Below, piece after piece: positions 1-11,657 of a stretch of 64,000 nt of DNA (position 1 is its first letter; each line of letters begins with the position of its first letter). Below the pieces are notes generated by a model. It made no database searches, was not told where the DNA came from, and worked only from the letters and a program-made list of their open reading frames with translations. This DNA comes from Squalus acanthias (Eukaryota), in assembly GCA_030390025.1 (NCBI GenBank), contig CM059433.1, positions 16,494,001 through 16,558,000 on the forward strand, in the 5' to 3' direction. Position numbers and translations under genes: made by a program.

Positions 1-756
1 GCGCTAAACACTACCGCCACGATCTCCTGCGCCGGCAGATCGTGACGTCAGTCGAGTGTGCAACGCCCCGGTAGCACCCCGGACCAAATATTGAGTGGCG
101 CCCCTGCCTTACCGCCTGCCGCTAGCAACGACAGGTTGAGGGGAGCGTTTTGCAGTCAGGAAGGGACTGGGGGAGCGCTATATAAAGGTGACTGCTTCCT
201 GCCTTTTTTTGTTGGTGACATTTTTGCACCACGCATTCTGAGAGAGAGAGACTTTTGGAGAGATTCAACGCTGTGTGAAGGAGTTTTGGGTACTGAGCAG
301 CACTTTGCAGGTTCAATTTGATTTGTCCTTCCTTGTATCGATTTAGAAGAGACTTTGGGGGCTGCACTCTGAGCGCTTTCCCATGGCCTCTCCATTGTTA
401 TTTCCAGCAGATTTGATGTACAGGTCTCTCCAGGCCGAGATTCAAGGCTGCAATGAGCAGGATGTGGATGGAGAACAAGATCAACCATCCCCTTTAAGAA
501 CTGGCCGGTGCCATTGTGTCTGTGTTCCATTGCTGACTGACATCACAGGAGCTTCGCCAGCGCTCTGAGGTAGCGCCTCACTCCTCGGCCTTTGCGCCTT
601 AAGACAGGTGTGAAGCGCCTGATTTAGCTCTCCAATCACCTCCAGGGGCAATAAAAGCCAAGTTTGCAGTCAGAGGCGATAATTAGCGCCAGGCACTAAT
701 GTTTGCGCCCGGCCGATAATTGCGCCCCAAATGGGGCGATACTGAATTTCTCCCCC
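1..756 (-). mobile_element. Harbinger-type MITE family A, copy 1 (truncated by window start)
   Basis: Reverse complement of the element at 1864-2756; ends in TIR GAATTTCTCCCCC. Confidence 0.85.
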
Positions 757-982
757 TATGACTCTATGACACTGGGCGAAAATGAGGAGCAAACTCCAGG
801 GCATGCATCCTTGCTCACGTGCAGTTATTTTTAAGCTATAATTTGCAACTTTATTTTCCGGACAGTACACCTTCCTCGATGGCTGGAGGAGGTCCATAAA
901 AGCTAAATGTCGGGAAATTACATTGTCAACCTCCATAGGCAGGATGAGCACTTAACTTGCCTGAGACCTGGTTGAGTACTGT

Positions 983-1726
983 GGGGGAGAAATTCGGTAT
1001 CGCCCCGTCTGGGGCGCTAACTTTTAAAAGTTGAAAAAATTAGCGGCAGGCGCTAATGTTTTTCAACTTTAAAAAATTCAGTTTTGTGCTCCAGGAAGGA
1101 AGTGGAGCGCTAAATCAAGCGTTGCACTTCCTTCCTGAAGCGCAACAGGCAGCAGGCGGGGTTGTAGGTGAGCAGCGCTGCACACTGGGCCGAGCAGCAC
1201 TGCCGCATTGGAAGGCTCCTTATCTCCCTTAAAGGGAAGGGCCATCGCTGCAGGTTCTGCAAGGAAAAAACTTACCTGGTCCCCGACGGCAGCTGCGATC
1301 ATACCCAATCAGCTCGATGTACTGCAGCAGAGTGCCAGGCTGATCCAACGCTGGGGAAGAAAATTGAAAAAAACCAGAAAGAGCATTTGAGAATTTTTTC
1401 CATTTACCTCGGCCACCTCGCCTTTAAGTATCACCCCCGAAGCGCCCGGCCTCCCGATGAACGCCTCCTGCAGCTGCCGGTGTTTTCACCCGGCGATGCT
1501 GCAGGGGGCGTAACCGAAGTTCAGGTCCGGGGCGCTACCGGGGCGATGCGCACAACGATGATGTCACGATCTCTGGGCGAAGGAGATCGGGGCGCAACGC
1601 CATACCGCCGCCGCAAACCTCCCGCCGAATATAGTGGGAGTCGATCTTCTCGCCACGCCCGGTCGGTAAGTGATTAGCGCCCTGTTATCGCCCCCCGGAG
1701 GCGTTAAGGTGCCCAATTTCTAGCCC
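983..1726 (+). mobile_element. Harbinger-type MITE family B
   Basis: Starts GGGGGAGAAATTCGGTATCGCCCC (same terminus as family A) and ends CCAATTTCTAGCCC; homologous to 6262-6940. Confidence 0.8.
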
Positions 1727-1863
1727 TTAGTCTGTCTGCGGAGGGCAATAGTATAGGGTGCTTCTGCCTTCACAGGCCCCAGTGAAAAGCATCTCTTCAG
1801 GTGGGTTTCTCACCTGCGAAGTCAGGTAGAGTTTGCAAGGGTGTTAGCTCCTTTAGGTTAATG

Positions 1864-2756
1864 GGGGGAGAAATTCAGTATCGCCCCATTTGGGGCGCAA
1901 TTATCGGCCGGGCGCAAAGATTAGCGCCTGGCGCAAATTATCGCCACCGACTGCAAACTTGACTTTTATCGCCCCTGGAGGTGAGTGGAGCGCTAAATCA
2001 GGCGCTGCACACCTGTCTTAAGGCGCAAAGGCCGAGGAGCGAGGCGCTACCTCAGAGCGCTGGCGAAGCTCATGTAATGTCAGTCAGCAATGGAACACAC
2101 ACACAATGGCACGGGCCAGTTCTTAAAGGGGATGGTTAATCTTGCTTTCCATCCACATCCTGCTCATTGCAGCCTTGAATCTCGGCCTGGAGAGACCTGC
2201 ACATCAAATCTGCTGGAAAGAACAATGGAGAGTACCAGGCAAAGAGCTCAGAGTGCAGCCCCCACAGTCTCTTCTAAATCGATACAAGGAATGGCAAATC
2301 AAAATGAACCTGCAAAGTGCTGCTCAGTACCCAAAACTCCTTCACACAACGTTGAATCTCTCCAGAAGTCTCTCTCTCTCTCTCTCAGAATGCGTAGTTC
2401 AAAAATGGAACCAACAATAAAAGGCAGGAAGCGGTCACCTTTAAATAGCGCTCCCCCTTTCCCTTCATGACTGCAGAACGCTCCCCTCAACCTGTCGTTG
2501 CTAGCGTCAGGCGGTAAGGCAGGGGGCGCCACTCAATATCCGCTCCGGGGCAATACCGGGGCGTTGCGCACTCGACTGACGTCACGATCTGCCGGCGCAG
2601 GAGATCATGGCGGTAGTGTTTAGCGCCGCCGCAAAATCTCTAGTTAATTTCGCGAGCGGCGCAAACTTCGCCGCGCCTGGGCGCTAGATGCTTTGTGCCA
2701 CATTAACGCCCTCTTAAGGCGCTAACGGGAGGCGCAACCAACTGAATTTTTCCCCC
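1864..2756 (+). mobile_element. Harbinger-type MITE family A, copy 2
   Basis: TIRs GGGGGAGAAATTC...GAATTTTTCCCCC; ~890 bp; homologous to four other copies in the window. Confidence 0.88.
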
Positions 2757-3835
2757 CTATTGTTATTAATAGTTACCACCAGCAGAAGCTCTCAGCTTGC
2801 TGGGTGTTCATCATAGCTTTAACCTGCAGACTGACTAACACAAAGCAAAGGTTACCAAAACATCCTGTTCTCTGCAGAACCGTAGTTAACATTAGAAAAA
2901 TAAAGTAACCTGCTTCAAATCTCCATGGTGGTATTTTGCTTTGTCTTTATTGAAAGCCCATACATAGACAGACAGAAGACAAGAAGAAACTTCCTGATGC
3001 CACACAAGAATGTCTTTATATAGTCCAGTGAGTTCCAGTTTTATTCCTGCTTGTAATTTATAACATTTTTAGGTTATGCAAACACAAGTCAGTGTTACAA
3101 CCCCAGACCCTTATTTATCCTTCGTGTTACACAAGGTTAATCACTCTCTATATTATTAGGAGGTATTATGGATATCTGGATAAACTGGCAACTTGTGTTC
3201 ACGCATGGAGTGGTTACAGTTCCATTTCACTGAATGCCTGAAATGAACACTTCAATTAAGTGAAAAGTTACTGAAAAATTAACCATTTGCATTCATTTTA
3301 TTCAGTCCTGGTGAAGCTGGAATCATTATGGATAAGGGCCTGCCACGAGTTGCAATCTTAAAACATTATTTCTAACCCTTTGGGTGCTGTGGATGAGTTT
3401 ATTTGCCTAAACCCTGGGGATACTGCCGATTATACCCATTCGATAAGTATCTTCCTGGCTTAATGCATAAAACTGTATCAATATTAGAATTCTCGGCTTT
3501 CAATTGGATTTTTCAAGCTAGTTTTCAGTCACTTCCAAAATGGATGGTGGATACCAAAAAAGCGAGAGCTTTTCAACTAAGATTTTTAGGAGAAAAAAAG
3601 AATTGAAATAATAGGCCCGATTAAATTAGACCAGACCAGATTAACTTAAATAAAAATAGAGCAGATAGAGAACCAGAAAGTAAAGATAAAATGGAAAGTA
3701 AGAATGACAGGATGAAAAGAATAAAAGTGCTTCTTTTAAACAAAAAACATTTTGTTAAAATTGTATTTTTATTTTAGTAGTCTGGGGTTAATATTACGCT
3801 AATAAAGTAATGACATTTCCTGTTGCTTTCCACAG

Positions 3836-3895
3836 GTGGCATTATCCCTGAACCACTTCGTACATTTCCTTGCATTCAGTCTCAAACTGGTACTG
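3836..3895 (+). other. Candidate 60-bp internal exon of an unidentified host gene or lncRNA
   Basis: Pyrimidine tract TTTCCTGTTGCTTTCCACAG acceptor and G|GTAAGG donor. Open in two frames (VALSLNHFVHFLAFSLKLVL or GGIIPEPLRTFPCIQSQTGT). No homology recognised. Confidence 0.3.
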
Positions 3896-4026
3896 GTAAG
3901 GCCATAAGCAAACCACACCTCCACTATTGCAAAAGCAAAATACTGGGGAGCTGGAAATCTGAAATAAAAACAGAAAATGCTGGAAATACTCAGCAGGTCA
4001 GGCAGCATCTGTGGAGAGAGAAACAG

Positions 4027-4063
4027 AGTTAACGTTTCAGGTCGATGACCCTTCGTCAGAACT
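4027..4063 (-). ncRNA. Minimal type-I hammerhead ribozyme motif in Penelope pLTR
   Basis: Minus strand reads AGTT-CTGACGA-AGG(gtcatcga)CCT-GAAAC-GTT-AACT: core boxes, stem I AGTT/AACT and palindromic AACGTT stem III. Confidence 0.8.
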
Positions 4064-4164
4064 GGAAAAAGCTGGAGATGGAACAGGTTTTTAAGTAAGT
4101 GCAGGGGCAGGGAAAAGGGGGAGGGGAGGAAAGAACAAAAGGGAAGGTCTGTGATAGGATGGAA

Positions 4165-4288
4165 GGCAGGAGAGATTAAGAGACATTAAGAGAGATTAAG
4201 AGGCAGGAGAGATTAAGAGACATTAAGAGAGATTAAGAGGCAGGAGAGATTAAGAGACATTGAGAGAGATTAAGAGGCATTAAGAGAG
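4165..4288. repeat. Tandem re-iteration of pLTR motif (GGCAGGAGAGATTAAGAGACATTAAGAGAGATTAAGA)
   Basis: About three imperfect units at the junction between the inverted pLTR and the endonuclease coding part. Confidence 0.85.
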
Positions 4289-4921
4289 AACAATGATAGG
4301 GTTCCCCTTGTCCTCACCTTTCACCCCACCAGCCTGCACATTCAACGGATCATCCTCCGCCATTTCCGCCACCTCCAGCGTGATCCCACCACCAAACACA
4401 TCTTCCCCTCACCTCCCCTTTCAGCATTCAGAAGGGACCGCTCCCTCCGCGTCACCCTGGTCCACTCTTCTATCACCCCCAACACCCCTTCCCCTTCGCC
4501 CGGCACCTTCCCATGCAAGCGCAGGAGATGCAACACATGCCCTTTTACCGCCACCCTTCCCACTGTCCAGGGCCCCAAACACTCCTTCCAGGTGAAACAG
4601 CGATTTACTTGTACTTCTTGCAATTTAGTATACTGTATTCACTGCTCACGATGTGGTCTCCTCTACATTGGGGAGACTAAATGCAGATTGTGTGACCGCT
4701 TTGCGGAACACCTCCGTTCAGTCCGTAAGGGTGACCCCGAGCTTCCGGTCGCCTGTCACTTTAATTCTCCGCTCCACTCCCACTCAGACCTCACTGTCCT
4801 CGGCCTCTTATACTGTTCCAATGAAGCTCAACGTAAGCTCGAGGAACAGCACCTCATCTTTCGATTAGGCACTTTACAGCCTTCTGGACTCAACATAGAG
4901 TTCAACAATTTCAGATCATAA
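4289..4921 (+). pseudogene. Penelope ORF C-terminal part (linker plus GIY-YIG endonuclease), RT missing
   Basis: Open frame RVPLVLTFHP...GTFPCKRRRCNTC...VYCIHCSRCGLLYIGETKCRLCDRFAEH...HFN...GLNIEF is typical of PLE endonucleases. Confidence 0.9.
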
Positions 4922-5203
4922 CCTCTGCTCCTATCCTTTTTTTCCCCATTTTTTTTTTTTTAATTTCTTCTCTCTCCCACATGGCAGCTGTCTTTCATTC
5001 TGCCAGTCCCATTTACACTTCATCTGGAGCCATCTTTTGTTTTCTTAACTTGTCCCATTACCATCTCCTTTTGCCTTGCACCATCTCTTAATCTCTCCTG
5101 CCTTCCATCCTATCACAGACCTTCCCTTTTGTTCTTTCCTCTCCTCCCCCCTTTCCCTGCCCCTACACTTGCTTAAAAACCTGTTCCATCTCCAGCTTTT
5201 TCC

Positions 5204-5240
5204 AGTTCTGACGAAGGTTCATCGACCTGAAACATTAACT
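5204..5240 (+). ncRNA. Minimal hammerhead motif in the 3' pLTR (stem III mutated)
   Basis: AGTT-CTGACGA-AGGT(tcatcg)ACCT-GAAAC-ATT-AACT; GAAACGTT has become GAAACATT. Confidence 0.7.
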
Positions 5241-6261
5241 CTGTTTCTCTCTCCACAGATGCTGCCTGACCTGCTGAGTATTTCCAGCATTTTCTGTTTT
5301 TATTTCACACCTCCACTATGTTTAGTGAGATTCATGGGGTTACACTATGTATTTATATGTAGATGGTTCATAAATTGCATACAGAAAAAAAATTGTCATG
5401 ACGGACCTCATTTTAAGACAGTCTACCAGGTCTCTTGGTAACTTCCCAAGACATCAATGCTATCCTCTACAACCATAACTAATGACACCTGTATGGTTTC
5501 CCAGGACACCAGCTGAGCATCAGAATGTGGTCCATTCAGCGTCATCATTAAGCACAAGCCTGGCATGTTGAAGGTATGCTTTAGCGTTCGGATTGATCTT
5601 GAGCATCCTGTAATATAGTCCAGCTAGGGTCTCACAGATTGTGGTGACGTATTGCAAACGGTACAACTTTGCCTAATAAAGAGGTCTCCCTGTGGAGGCC
5701 CCCCCGTGGACTGCAAAGAGATCAGAAACAGCAGGAGCTTGAAGAGGGTGCAGAGGTCAACCCATTGAAAGCTGCAAGAGACTTTCATGCTACTGTCGTA
5801 CAGGAGACTCGTATATCTTCCTTCTTCCCACCGTAAATACGCCATCATCTACAGACCCTTCTCTGTGTACATCAATTCACACAACTCTCATTCTTGAAAG
5901 CAACTTACAAACCTTCCCCACCCATGTTCAATCGTGACGTGTTTGTGTGCCTAGAGCATTTTACCACTGTGCTTCCCTTTAGTTTCAGTGTGTGAAAAAT
6001 GAGTCGTAGTCCTAGTCTTGTACTGTGCGCAACTTCAGTGGCTAGAGCTGTAACCAGTGGGATTCCATTCAGCTGGCGAGTATGTAGCTATACTGATGTA
6101 CATTATTGCTTTGATGGAAAATTACTGGCCCCTTATACCATTACAATTGTTCCTGTTATCAGGGTGGAGTGTTAACTTTGTTAAAGCTGCAATGTTTGTG
6201 CATGCATTTGATAATAACCTGGTGTCCTTACTCAAGTCTGTTTCAATTGTGTAGAAAGTGG

Positions 6262-6940
6262 GGGGGAAAAATTCGGTATCGACCATTGTGGGGCGCTAAC
6301 ATCGCCTGGGTGCTAACTTTAATGCCCGGCGCTAATTAGCGCCGATGACTGGGAAATTGAGTTTTAGCACCCCAAGAGGGAAGTGGAGCGCTAAATCAAG
6401 CTCCACTGCCTTCTTAGGGTACTAACTTCGGAGAGCGGGGCGGAGACTTCAGCACACTGGGCCGTGCCGTGCTGCTGCGCTCAAAGGCTCCTTCCCTCCC
6501 TTAAAGGGAAGGGCCATCGCTGCAGGCTCTGCAATAGAAAAATTACCTTCCTGGACCACCAAGGCAGCCGCGATCCAACGTGATCAGCCCAGCACTCAAG
6601 CAGATCGATCGCGGGCAGGAACACGCGGAAAAAACAGGATCAAGAAAGGTAAGTTTTTTTTTTACTTACCTCGGCTAACCTCGCCTTTAATCAATCGCCC
6701 CTGAAGCGGCTGGCCGCCCGATACACGCCTCCTGCAACTGTCGGTGTTTTCGACCGGTGCTGCTGTAGGGGGTGGAAGTCAATTTAGGTTCCGGGGCGCT
6801 ACCGGGGCGATGACTTCACGATCTCCGGGCGAAGGAGATCTGGGTGCAGCGCCATAGCGCCACCGCAGAACTCCCGCCAAATATGGCGGGAGTCGATGTC
6901 AGCGCCATGCCCGGTCACAAAGGCACCCAATTTTGCCCCC
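6262..6940 (+). mobile_element. Harbinger-type MITE family B
   Basis: GGGGGAAAAATTC...CAATTTTGCCCCC with TGG on both flanks; homologous to 983-1726. Confidence 0.82.
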
Positions 6941-6956
6941 TGGGTGTATAAAGATA

Positions 6957-7837
6957 GGGGGGAAAATTCAGTTGGTTTGCGCCTCCCATTAGCGCCTTAA
7001 GAGGGTGCTAATGGGGCGCAAAGCAACTAGCGCCCGGGCGCGGCGATGTTTGCGGCGCTCGCGAAATTGACCAGACACTAAACACTACCGCCACGATCTC
7101 CTGCGCCCGCAGATCGTGACGTCGGTCGAGCATGCAACGCCCCGGGAGCGCCCCGGACCGGATATTGAGTGGCACCCCCTGCCTTACCGCCTGCCGCTAG
7201 CAACGACAGGTTGAGGGGAGCGTTTTGCAGTCGGGAAGGGTCTGGGGGAGCGCTATTTAAAGGCGACCGCTTCCTGCCTTTTTTTGTCAGCAACATTTTT
7301 GCACCACGTATTCTGAGAGAGAGAGAGAGAGACTTCTGCAGATATTCAACGCTGTGTTGAGGAGCTTTGGGTACTGAGCAGCATTTTGCAGGTTCATTTT
7401 GATTTGATCTTCCTTGCATCGATTTAGAAGAGACTGTGGGGGCTGCACCCTGAGCTCTTTCCCTGGGTCTCTCCATTGTTCTTTCCAGCAGATTTGATGT
7501 ACAGGTCTCTCCAGGCCGAGATTTAAGGCTGCAATGAGCAGGGTGTGGATGGAGAGCAAGATCGACCCTCCCCTTTACGAACTGGCCGGCGCCAGTGTGT
7601 CTGTGTTTCATTGCTGACTGACATCACATGAGCTTCGCCAGAGCTCTGAGGTAGCGCCTCGCTCCCCGGCATTAGTGCCTTAAGAGAGGTGTGTAGCCCC
7701 TGATTTAGCGCTCCAATCACCTCCAGGGGCGATGGAAGCCAAGTTTGCAGTCGGAGGCGATATTTAGCGCCAGGTGCAAAACTTTGCGCCTGGGCGATAA
7801 TTGCGCCCCAAACGGGGCGATACCGAATTTCTCCCCC
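6957..7837 (-). mobile_element. Harbinger-type MITE family A, copy 3
   Basis: 13-bp TIRs; ATA TSD at 6954-6956 and 7838-7840. Confidence 0.9.
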
Positions 7838-8975
7838 ATAGTCTTTGTATGAGAGTAAGACAAGGGAATGTAGCTCTGTGTGATAACCAGATGACTTTGT
7901 GTTCTGGTTGGAGCAAAGCTAGTTGAGTATAAATGTAGGTCGTCTAGCTAACAACTGTTAAAACAGAACAGACTCGAGAAGATAGTGCGTTGAAACCACT
8001 GTAATCTTGTTCTCAGATTGAGGTAACCACTCTTTCTGCACTTTCACAGCACTATTCAATAAAAGTTATTGGACCAAATCGTTGTTGTGAGCTTGTTTAG
8101 CTGGTGTCTGAAATCATAATACTCCATCTTGAGAGCGCCAACAGAGCACATGAGGTGACAGGCTGATCTCTTGCTATTGGAACATCCTTGGACTGAGTTG
8201 GCATTCATCTCACAGCAGCTAAGTCCTGAAAATGACTTGCTGCAAGCTGCACCTCTTGTGCCACTGCAGTGGTCGCCTGGCCGGCATGCATGCAACTGAA
8301 TGTACAAGAATTGAAGGGGCTGGTGAGGAGGCCTACATACGCTGCCATCTTGAGAGACAGTGCCATCCTTCATTCACTGGGCACTGTCTCCAAGAGATGT
8401 TCTTTCCCCCACTCCAGTAGTGATAGCATAGCTGGTACATCAACAAATGCCTGCTGCTAATTTTTCAGCCGGCCTGCCCAGACCATTCCAAGTTAGTGAG
8501 AAGATCTGACAGCTGGAAATGAAACTTATCAGCTGCTGTAGCATTGGCACAAGAGGGCTGTTGGTACTGTTGGTTCCCCACGCACTGGTCTCACTCACCC
8601 AATGGCGATACCAATGTTAACCTGCCCGATTCTCTAGCAAGAGCTGCTGGGCCGGCCCATTTTTTAATGGGCCTTCCTGGTGACTTGTCTTAGAAGATGC
8701 AGCAGGTTTACATTGGGTTGAGTGCCAGGACATGCGCTGGGAACTGGCCGAGCTAGCACCTCTCTAAGGCCAGTGGGAAAACAACTTTAAAGTGCCTTTC
8801 TGCGGCAAACAGTACTGTAGAACCCACTTCACAACATGAATGGGGCAAAGATGAGCCAAGGTGAACGGAATTGTTTCTATTTCAGGCAATTCAGTACAAT
8901 ATTAACATGCTACATAGCCAGTACCTCCCACTCAGGGTTCTTCCAGTTTCCTTCTCCTTAAATTAAATGGATTTT

Positions 8976-9850
8976 ATAAGAACATAACATAAGAATTAAG
9001 AGCAGGAGTAGGCCATACGGCCCCTCGAGCCTGCTCTGCCATTCAATAAGATCATGGCTGATCTTCGATGTCAACTCCACTTACCCGCCCGTTCCCATAT
9101 CCCTTGAATCCCCGAGCGTCCAAAAATCTATCAATCTCAGCCTTGAATATACTCAATGATTCAGCATCCACAGCCCTTTGGGGTAGAGAATTCCAAAGAT
9201 TCACAAACCTCTGAGTGAAGAAATTCCTCCTCACCTCAGTCTTAAATGGCCTACCCCTTATCCTGAGACTATGCCCCCTAGTTCTAGACTCTCCAGCCAG
9301 GGGAAACAACCTCTTAGCATCTACCCTGTCACTCTGCCTCAGAATAGTATATGTTTCAATGAGATCACCTTTCATTCTTCTAAACTCCAGGAAGTATAGG
9401 CCCAATCTACTCAATCTCTTATCATAGGACAGCCCTCTCATCCCAGGGATCAATCTAGTGAACCTTCGTTGCACCGCCTCTAAGCCAAGTATATCCTTCC
9501 TCAAATAAGGAGGCCAAAACTGTGCACAGTACTCCAGGTGTCGTCTCACCAAAGCCCTGTGCAAATGTAGCAAGACTTCCTTACTCTTGTACTCCAACCC
9601 CCATGCAATAAAGGCCAATATGCCATTTGCTTTCCTGATTGCTTGCTGTTCCTGCATACTAACTCTCTGTGTTTCCTGTACGAGGACACCCAAATCTCTC
9701 TCTGAACACCAACATTTAATAGTTTCTCACCATTTAAAAAATATTCTGTTCTTCTATTCATCCTACCAAAGTGAATAACCTCGCATTTCCCCACATTATA
9801 CTCAATCTGCCACCTTCTTGTCCACTCACTTTTACTATATTCTTCTGCAG
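8976..9850 (-). mobile_element. CR1/HER1-type LINE, 5'-truncated
   Basis: ORF2 C-terminus (KCEVIHFG, LEYCAQFW, TRGHSLRI, RRNFFTQR) plus 3' UTR and (CATAAGAA)n tail. Confidence 0.93.
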
Positions 9851-11397
9851 GCTCTTTGGGGGAAAAATTTGTGTTCGTCAGCAAAGTTGCCGGTGTCACC
9901 CGCAACTGGACTTAACGGACGGTGAAAATGGCCACAATGCTAATGGAGCAAAATTGGTCTGGGGGGCATGGAGATTGGTGGCGCAGCGCTTACCTTCCGT
10001 GAAACGCTGTCCTGGTGGCGTTGCTGGAGGCATCCGAGACAAAGTTCCTGTCCAGGTGCGGCATTGCAGCTTCCCGCAGCCTCTGGAATCAAGGCTGTGG
10101 AGCGGCAAGGAATTGTGGACAATGAAGAAGTATGAGAATTAAAGGGGCCATGCACACTGAAGCAATACAAAATAAAATGAAGTGAAACAATGCCGTTTTC
10201 AGCTCTTTCTGCCTTTTAAAAAATATTTAACATTAAAAGAAGTCCCAAATGTGAATATTCAGCTCTTAAAGCTGAATCACCTCTGTAAGCTCAACAAATG
10301 GGAAAAATGCCTCAGCACTAACACAAATGGATCAGCAAGCCAGGGAAGGGGAACCCAGGGTTTTGCACGCAGCACTCCAGCTTTGTACAGGGAGTCAACA
10401 CTGCAAGACAGGCCCTCTACCCACAAGGGCCAGGAGGCCCTCCGGAAAGAAGGGTGTGGGAGTACATCACCGAGGCCGTCACTGCCAGCAGTGTCACCCC
10501 ATCATCTGGCTCCAGTGCCCAAATAAGCTTCATGACCTCAGACCACTGGTCAAGGTCAGTGAATGTATCTTCAAACGCCGACTCCTACCAACTGCACCAC
10601 TAGCCTCACACACTGCTCAATGCACGACCCCCCAATCACTCACCTACCAACAATCTGCACCAATTACAAGGCACATCTCCCATTCCTAGCCTCTCCTCAC
10701 CCCCTTGGAGGAGACGGTGCAGGCCATTCTTGGCAGGGGCATGGTTGAGCCCTTGGCCAGCAGCAGGGCCGAAAGGATACAAGATGCTGGTATCCTCGTA
10801 CATTATCCTCCTTCTGGCATGCACCTCATGCTTTCCCGACTTCCCATCACCACAACTCCACTCTTGTGCCTTCCTCATTTCACACACCCAAGAAATGCAG
10901 CCTGCCCAGCCAGTGGTTGACCAAGAAGAGGGAGAGGAGAGTGAAGAAGAACAAGAACGGAAGAAGATTGATTTGACACTCCCAGCCACCAGCTCCTCAA
11001 GGTCAACCAGCAAGGCCATCTGCAGTGTCCCCCACTGAAAGTCAGCTTCCTTCTACCAGCCATGCTGCAGCCACTGGGGTAGCACTGCGTGACATCAGTA
11101 GGCTAGGCAAAGGCACACACAAGACAGTCACTAAGAGAATGCATAAGGGTGATGAGTTGATTTCTTGATGTCACATTGGATGGATAGGTGGATTGGAAAG
11201 TTTGCTTTGTGGTGGCTTTTATTTCAGCATTGTGGCCAAGAGGATGTTGTGATGGTCAGTAACAGATGGAAGGTAAGGTGTGGGACTAATGTTGAAAGGG
11301 GAATTGGGGTTGTGGTCACTGGGACTGCAGGTGGATGATTCCATCCCGGATATCACAGCCACAAAGTGGCTGCCTGGGATGCATCCTTCCGCCTGAT

Positions 11398-11481
11398 TCC
11401 TCCTCTGCGGCTTCCTCCTCTGCGGCTTCCTCCTCTGCGGCTTCCTCCTCTGCGGCTTCCTCCTCTGCGGCTTCCTCCTCT
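11398..11481. repeat. 15-bp tandem repeat (TCCTCCTCTGCGGCT)x5, reading EEEAA on minus strand
   Basis: Directly visible perfect tandem units. Confidence 0.95.
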
Positions 11482-11504
11482 TCTATGTCTTCCTCTTGCC
11501 TCTG

Positions 11505-11657
11505 CAAGCAGATGCTGTAAATGTGAAATGACAGCATAAAATGCTGGAAATACTCGGCTGGTCAGGCAGCATCTTGACCTGAGACGTGAACTCTGTTTTT
11601 CTCTCCATGGATGTTGCGTGACCTGTTGAGTATTCGCAGCATGTTCTGTCTTCTCAA
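11505..11657. mobile_element. Old Penelope pLTR fold-back remnant nested in the Harbinger element
   Basis: AATGCTGGAAATACTC...GGTCAGGCAGCATC followed by its diverged inverted copy; similar to 3960-4020 and 5220-5305. Confidence 0.7.

Larger units (their letters stand above)
3928..5305 (+). mobile_element. 5'-truncated Penelope-like retroelement with inverted pseudo-LTR
   Basis: 3960-4180 is the inverted copy of ~5085-5307. It contains a GIY-YIG endonuclease coding segment and is flanked by the 14-bp TSD CACACCTCCACTAT (3914-3927, 5306-5319). Confidence 0.92.

Noticed and set aside
5380..5850. Possible RTE-like 3' relic on the minus strand (CTVC motif)
   Set aside because: Too degenerate to support a call.
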